Source: Octopus sinensis
Lineage: Eukaryota
Direction of reading: 5' to 3'
DNA length: 64,000 bases
Assembly (NCBI RefSeq): GCF_006345805.1
Contig: NC_042998.1
Coordinates: forward strand, 71,424,001 to 71,488,000
Shown: positions 39,311 through 53,197 of the stretch, in pieces
Layout: the number at the start of each line of letters is the position of its first letter
Position numbering within the stretch: the stretch's first letter is position 1
Notes under the pieces: model-generated
What the model was told of the DNA's origin: nothing
Database searches by the model: none
Seen by the model: only the letters and a program-made list of their open reading frames with translations
Program-made: the position numbers and the translations under genes

Positions 39311-42132
39311 GATATATATATATATATATAACAGTATTCAAGCTATTCTTATCTTACTGCTTTGATTCTAGTTTAAGAATATGCAATGACAACAATGTGA
39401 AACGAACAAAATAGCACCAATAAATGCTGGTTCACAGTTAGTCGGAGCATTGATTCGTACATTATGTACCCTGAATGCTTTGCATTTTGCTTAGATAACT
39501 ATGCATCTATAATTGCTTATGAAAAATAAGGGTAATATTTATAATACCGTTTTCTGTGAGAACATAAGGGGAACCTAGATAAAGGATCAAAAATGCCATT
39601 ATTATCCTGTAGAAATATTTCTAAAGAATTTTACCTGAAGTATGATATCAGTCTATACAGAATAACATTGAAAGATTCACGCATTGTTTACAATATTATC
39701 TAAAGCATCTCTCTGGCTACCCACCTCTTCATTGATAATTATATATATTGTCAATAATCGATACACATGCACACTAACACATTTCCATTCCTTGAAATTT
39801 ATATACATATATATTCAACTATATATGTATACACACTGAATTCTTAACACGTGCTGGTACATATGCTAGCATTGTTATACGCATTTACAGTTGAACATCT
39901 CCAGTCAAATTCTTGCACTACACACGTACACGTACAAACATAACCAAGGAACACGCACACACACACACACACACACATACACATGCTTACATAAGAGGCT
40001 GTATTGTTTATATCGAAAACAACAAGCATTCATCGATATTGAATTGTATTTCTCCATAGTAAATTCTAATAAAAATTTTCGAATGATTATTGAAAGAAGT
40101 AAATATTAAACGGATTTGTGCCAAATTTAATAAATATATCGAATAAAACATCTAAAATTTCAGAAAAAAAGTCATTGTTGATTCTTCCAATTGTATTCAT
40201 GGAAAACGTTTTTGAAAACTAAACAATCGCATATATAAAGAAAAATACAGTACAAATAGATTTTTCTATAACTAGAAATAATTTACAGAGTAAGAGAATG
40301 AATGAAAATAATCATAAGCAATTGAAAAGTATTCTGGTTTTGTGCAATGTGGATTTCTCTGTTCATTATAAATGGGGAAAACAACTCAATTCACAGCCAA
40401 GAATCTATATGGCCAGGAATTGTAAATCATAAGTCATATACAATTGTTTGTTTGGTGCAGTTTTATGCTTTTTTTTCTTCTTATATCTTGATACGATTTA
40501 CGAACAAAAATCGAATTTCACAGTATGCAGAAACACGTATGTATTCAATGAACATAAATCTAATCGTATTTATTAAATGTAAAGCATAAATAGATTTAAT
40601 CAGAGCTTTTATATTTCTGTTTGTTATTAATTATTTGCTCTTTGAAGTTATTGCAAAGAAAGTTTTCGTCATAAATTTTACTCATCGCTGCATTTCTAAT
40701 CAAATAAATACTTTTTCTCTGTATCCTGGACTGGCGTTTCAATGTTAATATGTAATCTTCCTATATTTCAGTGTTTTCTATACATTAATGTGTAGCTATT
40801 TTTCAGTTAGCAAATTATAATGAAATTAAATCATCTCTCACAATGAAGCCGAATAAGATATTTGAACAGTCTAGAATTTTACGAATTTTACGAACAGTCT
40901 AGAATTTTCTTTTCATGAGTTCAAATCAACATAAGATTAGGAGTTTTGATCATCCCCTATAAAAACATTTATTTTAATATTTTAATTATTGTTCTCAGTA
41001 TAGAAAATATTTTGAGTTAAATACACCAGAAAAACAGTATTCAACAAACGATACTTTCCTTTGCCTGTCAGTAAAACTTTCATCATGATCGGTATCGACA
41101 TATTAATATACTCACATTAAAATATTTACTTGAAGATTTTTAGTCATGTGTAATACGGTATTAGTGGCATTGAAATATTGCAATGCTTACAAAATTTTCA
41201 TTTGAGTCATAAGTGGCAAAATCCGGAAAGACTGATCAGTAACTGAACATTATATGGTTAAAATAGTTACGTCCTTGAAATATTGTCTAATTTACTGGCA
41301 AACCTGATATGTGCCAACTCTTTTAGAAATACGTATAATGATTAAAAATCTACGTGTAAGTAGGATAATGCATAGTCTTTAACATTTCCATAAAACAATG
41401 GCGTAGTCTGAACATGTAATAAATGTATGTTTTTTGTACGGGATATGAATTTAATAAACTTTGGAAAATAGGACCGTTGTGTGTAGATTACATAGTACCA
41501 GATGTAATGTTTTTGTCATTTTCTTTCCTTGATATTGCATTAATTCTATTATAGAGGGAAAATAGTATGTTTTTTTTTCTTCTTCAAACACGAGGCTAAA
41601 CACCAATGATAAACAGAAAAGATCTTTGAGTCAATATGCAAACTATTGAAGCATGTATAGAGAAAACAAACCAATATCAGATTAACAAAGGAATACTGCA
41701 AATTCGATCCGACAACTAGATCTGAAGGCTTAGAGAACAATAGTTTTATGATTTATACTTATGCAGCGGTATTTCAAGCATTTATTCATGATATACCACA
41801 GAAGCGATGTAATCAATCCCACAACAAACACTCAGATATACATATAAAAACCCACCAACCACCTACTGATATTTCCCCCTAGCTTTTTTCCACATACCAC
41901 TATCAGAGTAATAGCAGAATCATTACCAATGGGTTTCACTGATAATCTACATCACCCTCACACTTTATCAATCAATGACAGGGATAAAACTGATAGTTGT
42001 TTGGATTGCTTTGTAATCGGAAAATACAACATTGAGGGAATATATCGACGAGTGTGAGTTTAAATGTCGGCTTGTTTTATTGTCATGACGCATTATATGC
42101 AGTTACATATGCATAATCAAATAACCAGGCGC

Positions 42133-42350
<218 letters not shown>

Positions 42351-42429
42351 CTAACAACATGCCTACCTACTTATCTAATATCAGTTTATCGATATAGTCC
42401 TATAGTCTTGCGATCGCATTCAAACTCAG

Positions 42430-45055
42430 TCAGTGGCATACATATTACACATAATACGAATGAAAATGGTAAGATATTCAACCTATTGCCAACCAGATGC
42501 TTCAAATCATGGGATCTCATTCGAAGATCGCTTCAAAACAGGGAAGTGTTACAAATCGACCTAAATAACAATCTTCACCACTAGGGGCCTGTAATCACAT
42601 CAAATCTGAATGGTCTGAGCGCCTCCTCCTCTTAGGTTACTGTATGAGCATAGCTAGGCAGAGTCTCTCATTAACCTTACGAACTTGTTATTCATGAAGT
42701 AAATTGTACACCACCCAAGGCTTAAATATGTCCTAGAGCTGTGTCTCACTAATGAAACGGTGTTGATCTATAATCTTAAAGTGACACCGACGATCTCGGA
42801 TCATAACTTTGTAGAATTAACAATATATCGTATGAGGGAAAGTGCTGAGACACAACCTACCAAAAGCAACCAACTCTTACCCAGCTTGACCATTCATAAT
42901 ACTAATTGGAATAGTATTAAGAAACTGGTCTGACAATTTCTCTGCACATAGTAGTAGCATAAAGCTACATCACATTATGACAGTCATACACGATATATGC
43001 AATACATTCTCCACAAAGAGAATATAAAATCAAGAGAACACAATCCTGAAAGCCTGGAAAATTGAAGTGAGATGATGAACCATCGTGTGAATGAGCAACG
43101 GACGTATAGTGAGGAATCCTATCCGAAACGAGCGCTTTTTGATACTGAAAATGAACCCAAATCTCCCAGGAAAAGAAGACAGAAAAAGAAGATATGTCTG
43201 TAGGAATGACAAGACATGCTCTAAAGCCTTCTATAGGCTCACAAATGAGTTTCCTTAGTATGGCATAAGGCGAGGGCCAGTTTTCGAAGAAAATGGCGCA
43301 CTAACTGTGGACCTCTAAAAGATAAGTTAAATACTAAATATGCAATACGTATGTTTTCACATCACTGTTAGAACGCTAGCAAATAAATATTAGCAGGCGA
43401 GTTCTTTGCCACTATAGCACTAAATGACGAGACAAATTGTCGATTACATCAGAAAAATTGGAACTGATTTAATATCGGACATAGATAACATGAGCTTAAA
43501 TCTCGGCTAGCGGTTCCGATAAGATTCCCCCAAATCCTTGTTAGAATGTGGAAAACTTTCAAGGCCATTACCGATCCACATTCTATACATTCTCGCGAGT
43601 GGTAAACCTCTCCGAAGATTATAGGGGTGCATACTATGCACTACCCATAAAGGAGAAAAGCTAAAAATTATACGCCTAACTTTCTAAACAAACATATTAG
43701 CAAAGTCATGGAACAAATTGTCAGTGAGTAGTTAATTAGGTTCGGGGAAGAGAATAACTTACTCTCTCACTCCTAATGTAACTTCCGCTTCGGAAGAAGT
43801 TGCCTTAATCAGCTGTTCAGCGCCTGCATCAATGTGACTGTGTGCTGAATAATCAACCGCTCATATGTTGATGTGATATATCTCGATTTGAAATGGTTGC
43901 TCACGGACTGTTATATCACAAGTTACAAGGAGTTGCCATAGTGGTTACATCATTTCTTAAAAGACAGAAAGCAGGTTGTAGTAGCCAATGGAACCCTCTC
44001 CAAGGAGCTGTCTCTCTGCTGCTGTTGGTTTTGGTGGGATGGAGATGGGGGATGGATTTTACTGACATGATTTCTGTTATACAGGTAGGCAATGTTACTA
44101 GCTATGAAGATCACGCAAAAGTTGCACAAGCAGTTACGAATTCCTTCGAGGCTATCTCGATGCTAATCTTCTACAGAAATATCTAGATGTTCTATACATT
44201 GAAGAAAACAACATGTAATTTAATGCTCAGCATGTTCAGTTCTTCCACTATCAACTAGATTATGCTAACACACGGTAACAAATTTTGGGCTAACAGGAAC
44301 ATAGGTTCCTAATTGAAACGAAGTGTGTCACTTAGGGATTAATCTGAGCAAGGATTCTTTGTTGCATATGCATATCATCACGATTATGTTATTGTGTGAT
44401 GGCGACTGACTGCATAGATTCTAATAACTTTCAGAGTAAGGGAGCACAAAAGTATACTAGTTCTATAGAGAACACTTTTCCTCAGCCATCTAGACTATGA
44501 CACTCAACTATGGTCCCTCCAAAGTGTTAGTTTAATAGCGGAACTCGAAATAGTTCAACTCAACGTTGGCACACTAAGAAGTTTGCATCAAAGAAACATT
44601 TGAGATCCTAGGAGAGACTGAAAAAAGTAGGACTCTACACCCAGGAGCCAAAACAGGAGAAAATATGCAATGATATATATGTATATGTATATGGAAGACC
44701 TTGAGGGGCTGGCACCAAACGTTGACGTCAATAGTTATACCAGCCCTCACGCTACTGTACTGTTCCAAACATAATAACAATCAGGCCAATGAAAAGGACT
44801 AATTACTTAAATAGATTGGGATTCCAAGATCAGCACCTGTTTCATATCTTCTCAAAAAGGCGTGAGACCTACATGGAGTGGAGATAGATATTTTCAAGAA
44901 ATATCTTCAAATTCTGCTGTTGAACATTCCAGATAAAGCTATAGCACAAGAAACTGAAACAAGAGCCAATGATATGAGAATGGCCACTGTAGAGTTGATG
45001 ATACTAGCTGTACTCTGGCATCGCCAAAATCTTTGAGTTGAAACGCATAAAAGGA
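42430..45055 (+). mobile_element. Heavily decayed long CR1-group LINE
   Basis: APE end (SDHNFVEL at about 42800), cttccgcttcggaagaagttgcctt (FRxGRSC), VDVIYLD at about 43867, HLDYDTQLWS at about 44490; co-linear with the 1640-3570 copy. Confidence 0.78.
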
Positions 45056-45169
45056 TATATGATGGCCACACTTAGCATATATTTCAGACTTAAACCCATG
45101 TGCTTAATTTTATTCTACTCAAAATCACTGTGATTTCAATCAAAATCAGTTGCGATGGAGTACGATCTT

Positions 45170-48020
45170 CGGTCTGATTTCCGATTGTTCTGGTGATTCT
45201 GGGAGGTCTGCTAACCACTCCCAGTCATCCGCACCAATCACAACACTTCATTCCAGTGCCACGTATGGCATGGCTGGCTGGTTTTGACCTTGCTTTTCTG
45301 CTTCTTTCAGTGTAAAATGTTGGAGATTCTCAATTCACTCTTAACATACTTATAACGTGTACTATCTCTTTAAGCAAATGTTTGTGCCGCCACGTGAATC
45401 TTCCTTGGGCTAGTGCAACTCTGCAGGAGCTCAGAACGTGTTCTGTTGTCTGGCCACCCCGGCAGAGTAGGCACTCAAAAATATCTCATTTGCTCCACTT
45501 TTCTAGATGCATATTCCAAGGCAGGGTACCATAGGCAGATCACAGAATAAAAATTATTCTAAGAGGTGTCTTATGCCGCAAGTCGTTGAGACACTTCTAG
45601 AGTGCACCGTCCCACTACCTTGATTTCCCCTGCTGGTTGCCTCTCGAATTCTTATGGCATCTTCTTCCTTTTTCACCTCCTGCAGAATCTGCAGAATCAG
45701 ATTTCTCTTTATCTTACCCGTGATCTCTGAGTACCATTCAAATTTTGTTAGGCCCTGTCTCTGCCCATTAATCTGAGTGTGTCCCATTCTTTCTCTGATC
45801 GTGAGCTTGGGGATTGATATGAACTGTAAACATCAAACCTTGTATTTGTGAGAGAAGTCACACTTCTCAATGACCTGCAAACCTTTTCCCACCATTTGCT
45901 TGGTTTCGTTTACCCTTTTCGTATCTTAAAGGCTGTCGTAATACCCAATTCTGAAGCATTTGACTTGTTCCTCTGCAACTGTTGGGATATTTTTGCTGGC
46001 TACAGTGAATACAACTATTTTCGCTAATTCCACTTACCGCAGATGTTTCTTTTGTTTCAATGTCATTCTGAAAGATGTGCCTGCCTCGCCAAGTGGCTTC
46101 AACCTCTTCCGTATTTCATCCTCCTTTGGGAAAAGGATGCAGTGTTGTCCATGAAGGCTCTTAGAGATGGCGTCCAAAATCTCTCTCCAAGTTCTTTGGA
46201 GCAAACCAGACCATCACACTGCTGCCTCCAGGATGACTTCCACAGGCGAGATTACACAGTACATAGCTATGCCCGCTTCTAAATTGATCCAGTCACTTGT
46301 ATATTCTTTGGTAGAAAATTGCATAGAGAACATTTTGTGTGGAGCCAACCGTATTCATGTGCCAGATGGTGCCATAGCACATAAAGATCTCTCTTTTTTT
46401 AACTCTGGTTCCCAAATCATTGAAGCATGTTGTACACAACCTGGCATTCCAGTAATGCCTCCCTTCTGAGCTGACATATCCAAATACTCAATTTATGTAA
46501 GATATTTAATTTGCCTTGCTGCCATAAGAGATGATTTTCCTTCAACGTTCAGAATTGATATTGGTCTGGATTGGCTGATGTCGCTTCATTTCTGCTCTTT
46601 CGGAATGTACGCTCCGGCTCTCATCCATTGGTCGCTTATTTTCAAGTTCTTACATACTGAATTTATTAATTTATGAAGTCTCAAGGAAACAGACATTTCC
46701 TGTACAACCGATAGGGAATTTCGTTTAACCTTGGTGCTGATTTGGCCCTGGCTTTCTTTGCCACTTTCCTCACTTCTCTCAGTGTTGCTGACTTGTCATT
46801 GAAAAACTACCCTAACAGAGCAGGCCACACCGGTGCCTAGATTGCGAGTGCCACTTCACTCTGTGAGTCAGAATTTGTTTCTCTAAGATACTGTACGAGA
46901 CCGTCTTTATCTACTGTGAGCGTCTCAGAGATTGGTTGCTCGAGCAGGTTCCTACATAATGGGAACGAGTCTCTGAAAAATAAATCTCATATTTTCTCCT
47001 TCTGCTTCTTCAATTCTTTTTTGCATTTGCTTTGATGAGGGCCACTATATCTCCGTTTGAGGTCTCTTCAGAATTTTTCTAATACTTGTTTCTCAAATGC
47101 TGAGACAACTTTCATGCGATTCTTGAAATCCTTTTTTTCTTCCGAATGTTATCTATGGTTCACTGGCATCTGGATTTCTAGGGAGATGATTTCAATTTTG
47201 ACTCTCTTCCTCCATAAGCATTTCTGCAGATTATATAAACAATGTTCCCGAATGAGATTAGCTTGTGTTTCAGCGTGCTCTTCCCTATAAGGACATTCAG
47301 TTTTTGGACTATTTTCTGGTCCACTCACTCCCATTCTTCGTTTTCACTTGCAGGCGGCAGCTGAGCTTACATTGTCCGTTATCAAGAGCCTGTGCCAATT
47401 CCTCGTCTAAATTAACAACATAGATATCCTTGGCACTGTGGTTTGGCTCCTGGCCTTGATTTTCCGACATATTGTATGCTAGAGCAATGTGCTCCTCTTA
47501 ATTTAATAGAGTTCTTGCTCATCCCTTTTCCGAGATGCGGATCTTAATGCCAGGGGTGACACATGGGAATTTCATTTCTTGTGTTCATAGTCCGATGTGG
47601 ATTCCTGATCGTAAGGAATATTTTACCAATTGATTCTTCATTCTCTCCTTTCGGTGAATCCTTAGAATATTTTTCATTGCTGGAACTCCTTAGCCATATA
47701 ATAATAATAATGTCAAGGTGGGGAGATAACTCTCACAGCCCTTTTATCTAATCTTTCTTGTGTTATCCCGCCTTTCCTAGTCGTCCTCGGGCCTCTTACC
47801 AGAAGTTAATGGTCAAGGCAAGTACCAATGATAAGAAAGTATCAAGAGTGTTGAGTAGCAGAAAATCTTTGGAGAAGAAATCCTGCACAGTCCGTAACAT
47901 CTTACACACCAAGGGGGCCGCGCCGCATCTAGATCATGGCTACTGGATGCCCGTCTGCTAATACTTTTTAGCCACTTGGCTATCAAAGACTACTTGTAAC
48001 TCCACCCCGTTGTCTCAGAT
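45170..48020 (-). mobile_element. HERO-like RLE non-LTR retrotransposon, decayed
   Basis: YIPKE...RPISILNVEGK, QKGGITGMPGCVQH, SDWINLEAGIAM.CVISP, CLLCRGGQTTEHVLSSCRVALAQGRFTWRH (CCHC plus the GRxTWRH motif). The 5' boundary (47570-48020) is uncertain. Confidence 0.8.
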
Positions 48021-49949
48021 TTCAAAAGTGTATACTTGTATTTTAAGAAGAAACAACGTTAATTATTCTTGCTCTATGTGACATGTGATTGTGGCTTCCT
48101 TGTTTTGAGGAATTATTTTCAATTTGAAAATCATTTTGTCTTCGTTTCTATTAAGCGTTTGCACACTTATATGTAACCTTACATTGATATTATCCTCTAC
48201 CTTTTCTGAACATTTCCTGAATTCTTTAAGGTTAATGAAGAAAACATTATTGTTAATGTTGTTGTTGCAGCATTTTATTATAACCACACACACACGCGCG
48301 CTCGCAAAAGCACACTCGCGCCCTCACACACACACAAGGTTATTATGCTTATAAGATTAGATTACACGTGTAATTTCCATTTACCAATGCCTATTCAAAT
48401 AGTCTTGTCCCAAGAAAGAAATATGTCTAGTTAAAAGCGCATACACCTGCTATTTCAATGTAATATCTAGTGTTATCCTCCTTATACGCACGCAGCATTG
48501 GTTTCCTCAAATCAGTGTTTGTAAGACAATCTATCCATAAAAATTAATATCTAACAAGCACGTTTTCGAAGAAAACAAACATATGTAGAAGAAACGTAAT
48601 AGGATTCTACTTTCTATCAAATGTGAAATTCCAACGAGAAAATATAGTTAACATTTCAACAATTGCAGATATCTTTTGTCAACAACATGAAACTTATTAA
48701 AAACATCCACAGGATTCTAAAAATTTCTGTTTTCTACAAAAATAAAGCTCAAATGTTATCCTATGCGATGTTGACGGAGTTGATAATACTGGGAATTCTA
48801 AAGTTATATTTCAAGTGTTTGAATTATATTTGCTTGAGAAAGATTATTATTTTCATGATTTTATTATGTGAAGCGGATATTATCAGCGTCTCTGAATATA
48901 ATTATCGAATGCATTTTGTTTATGTGAATGGAAGAGAGATTTATGAATTCAAAATTTATTTCTCTTTGTAAACAATTTCTTCACAATCCTTTTGTTTTTA
49001 TAGGGGTGGCGTATTGAAAAATTTTGCATTGTTTAGCAAGCTACTTGGTAGTAATATGAAATGTATTGAAATAATTGGCAGGTGCAGCTCAAAATTGTGC
49101 TTACTGTCTCACAAGCAAAACGCATAAATCAAGAAAGCAAGAGGCAAGATCATGGTTACGTTACATGCAGCGAAAGGTTTACTCGATAAAAACAGTTCTG
49201 AAGTGAAATAACACCTATAGCAACAACACCAGTAGCAACAACTAGATAGTATATTCTTCAACAGGTTTAATGTCTCAAACATTTATAGATAAACATATCT
49301 ATATATCTAGTGCCACTCTGGTATGAATATAACACGTACCTTATAATTCAAAGTAGTATATTATTGCATATGTAGTCTATTAACGTTAATACAAACTTGA
49401 TATTTATCCCTAACACATTCGGCGGACCACAGATTTGTGGAGCACAGATTAGCTGAAGTAGTTCGGTGCGCAGGTATTTAATTATACATTCAATATAAAA
49501 CATTGTTTACAACTACGAATTAGATAATGTATGATTTGTTTCATTTCGAAGGAGTATTGGTGATGTAAATGAGGTGTCATTTTAGCTCATAAGATGGAAA
49601 CTGCACAACAACTTTGCAATAATAGAGTCAGTAAAAGTAGCAACACTATATACAATGCACACTTTAGTTATTTAAATAATTGAACATATTCAATATTGCC
49701 ATCCTATACATCATGATTTGCTAAAGTCTTCCTCATATCCTCGCATTAGAACGGGTTGGGGCAATAGATAGGTTATGTCTTTAACTTCCTTCGATAGGGA
49801 AGATGGTATTTGCTATGTATATTATTTCTTCAAAGTATCTGCAATAAATTTAACAGCATAACATAAAGGTGAAAAGGAGTGAACAAATCTATTCTCATAA
49901 AGAAATTTTGTTGTTCTTTCTAAAATATGTTTTCTTTTTCATGTTAAGT

Positions 49950-50101
49950 TAAGCGCAGCTGTGTGGTAAGCAGTGTGCTCCCCAGCCACATAGTTCCGGG
50001 CTCAGTCTCACTACGTGTCACCTTAATCATGTGTCTTCTACTATCCGCCTTGTGAGCTAATTTCATAGATGGAAATTGAAAGAAAACCGTCGTGTATATA
50101 T

Positions 50102-50171
<70 letters not shown>

Positions 50172-50266
50172 TATATATATATGTATATATATATGTATAT
50201 ATATATAGATATATATATATACATACATATATATATATATATATTATATATATATATTATATATAT

Positions 50267-50302
<36 letters not shown>

Positions 50303-50588
50303 GACATATATATATATACATATATATATACATATATATATACACATATATATATATTATATATATATATATAGACATATATATATATATATATATTATA
50401 CACACAAATTCTTTTACCCCTATCACAGCCTGACAACCAGTGTTGATGTGTTTACGTCCCTGTAACTTAGAGGTTCGGTACATGAGACCGACAGAATAAG
50501 TACTAGGCGTAGAAAATGATCCTGGTATCAATTTGTTCTCCAGCATTGTTGCAGTCAAATGACTGAAACAAGTAAAAGGATAAAAGAA
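49950..50588 (+). mobile_element. CORE-like SINE with ~310 bp expanded internal (TA)n
   Basis: Head gctgtgtggtaag...gggctcagtctcac at 49958-50020 and tail cagtcaaatgactgaaacaagtaaaag at about 50552-50578. Confidence 0.88.
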
Positions 50589-50687
50589 TAGTGGATGATA
50601 CCTACCAATTTATAACAGCTGAACAATGTAATATATAACAAAGAAAATAGTTTTCGAAATGATCACTTTACAGACTTAAAAAAGAAA

Positions 50688-50730
50688 TAAATCAAAAGTG
50701 GTATAAATCAAAAGTGGTATAAATCAAAAG
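50688..50730. repeat. 16 bp tandem repeat (aaatcaaaagtggtat), about 2.6 copies
   Basis: Direct reading. Confidence 0.85.
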
Positions 50731-51096
50731 TATACATGACTGTATAGTTCGAAAAATCCTCTACAAGCGCCGCTTGTGTACTTTTCTTCTCGGTCTCCAT
50801 CAGCTGGTGACGAAATGAAAAGTTGTTATATTTAACAAATAGAAAATATTGTAAATGCAGTTATACCCCTAATTGTATTGAGGACATCTGCCTCTAGCTT
50901 ACACGTGACTGATGCGTGTTGTTGCAGTATTCCTCATTTATTCAAAAGTTTTACAACGTAAAATGGTTTAGTGATACAAGTAACGGAATATAAAAGTACA
51001 TATTAATGTTTTACTAACATAGGTGTGTACGGATTTCTTCTGTTTATGTTTTAAAATCAAATTTAATCTGTAACGTGGGTGGTATAGCTTCGAATA

Positions 51097-51332
51097 GGCG
51101 GCGAGCTGGCAGAAACGTTAGCACGCCGGGCGAAATGCGTAGCCGTATTTCGTCTGCCGTTATGCTCTAAGTTCAAATTCCGCCGAGGGCGACTTTGTCT
51201 TTCATGCTTTCGGAGTCGATAAATTAAGTACCAGTTACGCACTGGGGTCGATGTAATCGACTTAATCCGTTTGTCTGTTCTTGTTAGTCCTCTCTATGTT
51301 TAGCTCCTTGTGGGTAGTAAAGAAATAGGTAT
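51097..51332 (+). mobile_element. Full monomer of the Nin/Deu-domain-like tRNA SINE
   Basis: ggcggcgagctggcagaaacgttagc (A box), gttcaaattcc (B box), gactttgtctttcatgctttcggagtcgataaattaagtacc domain, tail aaagaaataggtat. Confidence 0.88.
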
Positions 51333-52147
51333 AGATTCGAATTGGAGTAGTTTATTATGTAAATATAATTTTGTATTGACATTCAAATACACTGGCTCTG
51401 TGCAAGTGTCTTTTCGCATTTTTCTTACGCATATCCTAGTCCTGTATGCTGTCATGTGTTACGCGCAAAGCTAGTTTGAAACAGCAATACACACACGTCG
51501 GTGTTTCCTCTCCAAGCGAGATAATGCAAATTATTGTTTATGTTAGGTTTGGATATGAGTAGCTGATATGATTCACTTCAACACATTACTTCATCTTGTA
51601 TTTATATGTTTAATCACTGCCCATCAATAATTTGTTTCTCTAATAACATGTGCAACTTAATTACTACTTAATGTCACAGTTTTAATAAATAATGCTCCGA
51701 CATTAGTCAAGGTCCTGTAGGTATGAAATTATTTCCATATCTAATAAATTTAGAAATGCAGCCATAAATTGGATTTAAATATTTATATCATATTAAATAT
51801 AAAATGGATTTCCATTATGGTTTTCCATCCCAAGCTTATGTAATTAGAAGTATTCGCTACATGTAAAATTACGATTTCAATATTCAGAATTATAATCGGT
51901 TATAATTGTCTTAATATTGAATATTCTCCATGCAAATTTGTTAGTTTCCGAAATGTTATCAAGATATTGAAGCTTGTGCTGTAGAATAGAGGAAATCGTT
52001 TAAGTGAAACATGTTTAAGAATGTGTACTAATATTCAGATTAAAATATGTATACCATCACTACTTCAACAAAATGGCTATAAATGATTATCAAACGAGTT
52101 CACTGTCCATTATATATATATATATACATACACACACACACACACAC

Positions 52148-52216
<69 letters not shown>

Positions 52217-52976
52217 AATATATCGTTACCGACTGTTTACTGCGACTTATATGTCTCCAATATATGCAATATTCGATTTATTCTTAGAATAGGAGCTGCT
52301 CGGTAGCATCTCTTTAATTAGAGTTGCTATAGTTGGTAAATTATGGACTGGACATTTGTGAGTAAAAGGGTTTGTGGAGTCTAATTCGTGTATACTTTAT
52401 AAGGGTCATTCCGTTGGACATAAACATATTTAAAATCTTTTGGAAATCTCCAATTTTAATCACATCGTTTCCGTGTGGAGAATGATTTGTCAGTTTTTCA
52501 GTTCTGTTGTATGGGAAACTTACATTATGAGGTTTATAAATATAAAGTGGGTAACGTTGCCTACTACACACATTAATTCGGTTAAAGCTAAAAGCATTCA
52601 TATTCACTGTATAAAAGCCTATTATTTTAGTAGTAGTTTATTAGAAATGTTCTCAATAAATTTAAATGTCGTATCTCCATGAAATTTGTAGCTGCTATAT
52701 AGGAAAGAGAACATTACTTGCTCCAGTAGCTGGTAATGTGACGGACTGGCAGAATCTCAATGTAACGGGCGAAATATATTGCATTATTTAGTAACAGAGA
52801 TTCCACTGTTCGAATCCCGCCTTTCTTAATTCTTGCGTCAGATTAGTGTTATCTGTTATTGTTGTTGGGGTTCATATTTTATTTAGGCACAAGTGAACCG
52901 TAATTTTTCAGATCGTTGATCAGAAACCTACAATCAGTGACCGACTATCGTTTTAACAAATAGGTTCTGTGCATTT

Positions 52977-53197
52977 AAGGCGGTGAGCAGTCAGAATCGT
53001 TAGCACTCCGGGCAAAATGGTTAGCAACATTTTGACCGTCTTTAAGTTCTGAGTTTAAATTGCCCCGAGATTGACTTTGCTTTACATCATTTAAGGATCA
53101 ATAAAATAGGTAAGACTTAAATACTGGAGTCGCTGTAATCGACTTAGCACCCCCACTCCGAGATTGCTGGTCTAGTACCAAAATTTGAAAGCAATAT
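52977..53197 (+). mobile_element. Diverged Nin/Deu-like SINE
   Basis: aaggcggtgagcagtcagaatcgttagcactccgggc...ccaaaatttgaaa; tail variant shared with 25226. Confidence 0.78.
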
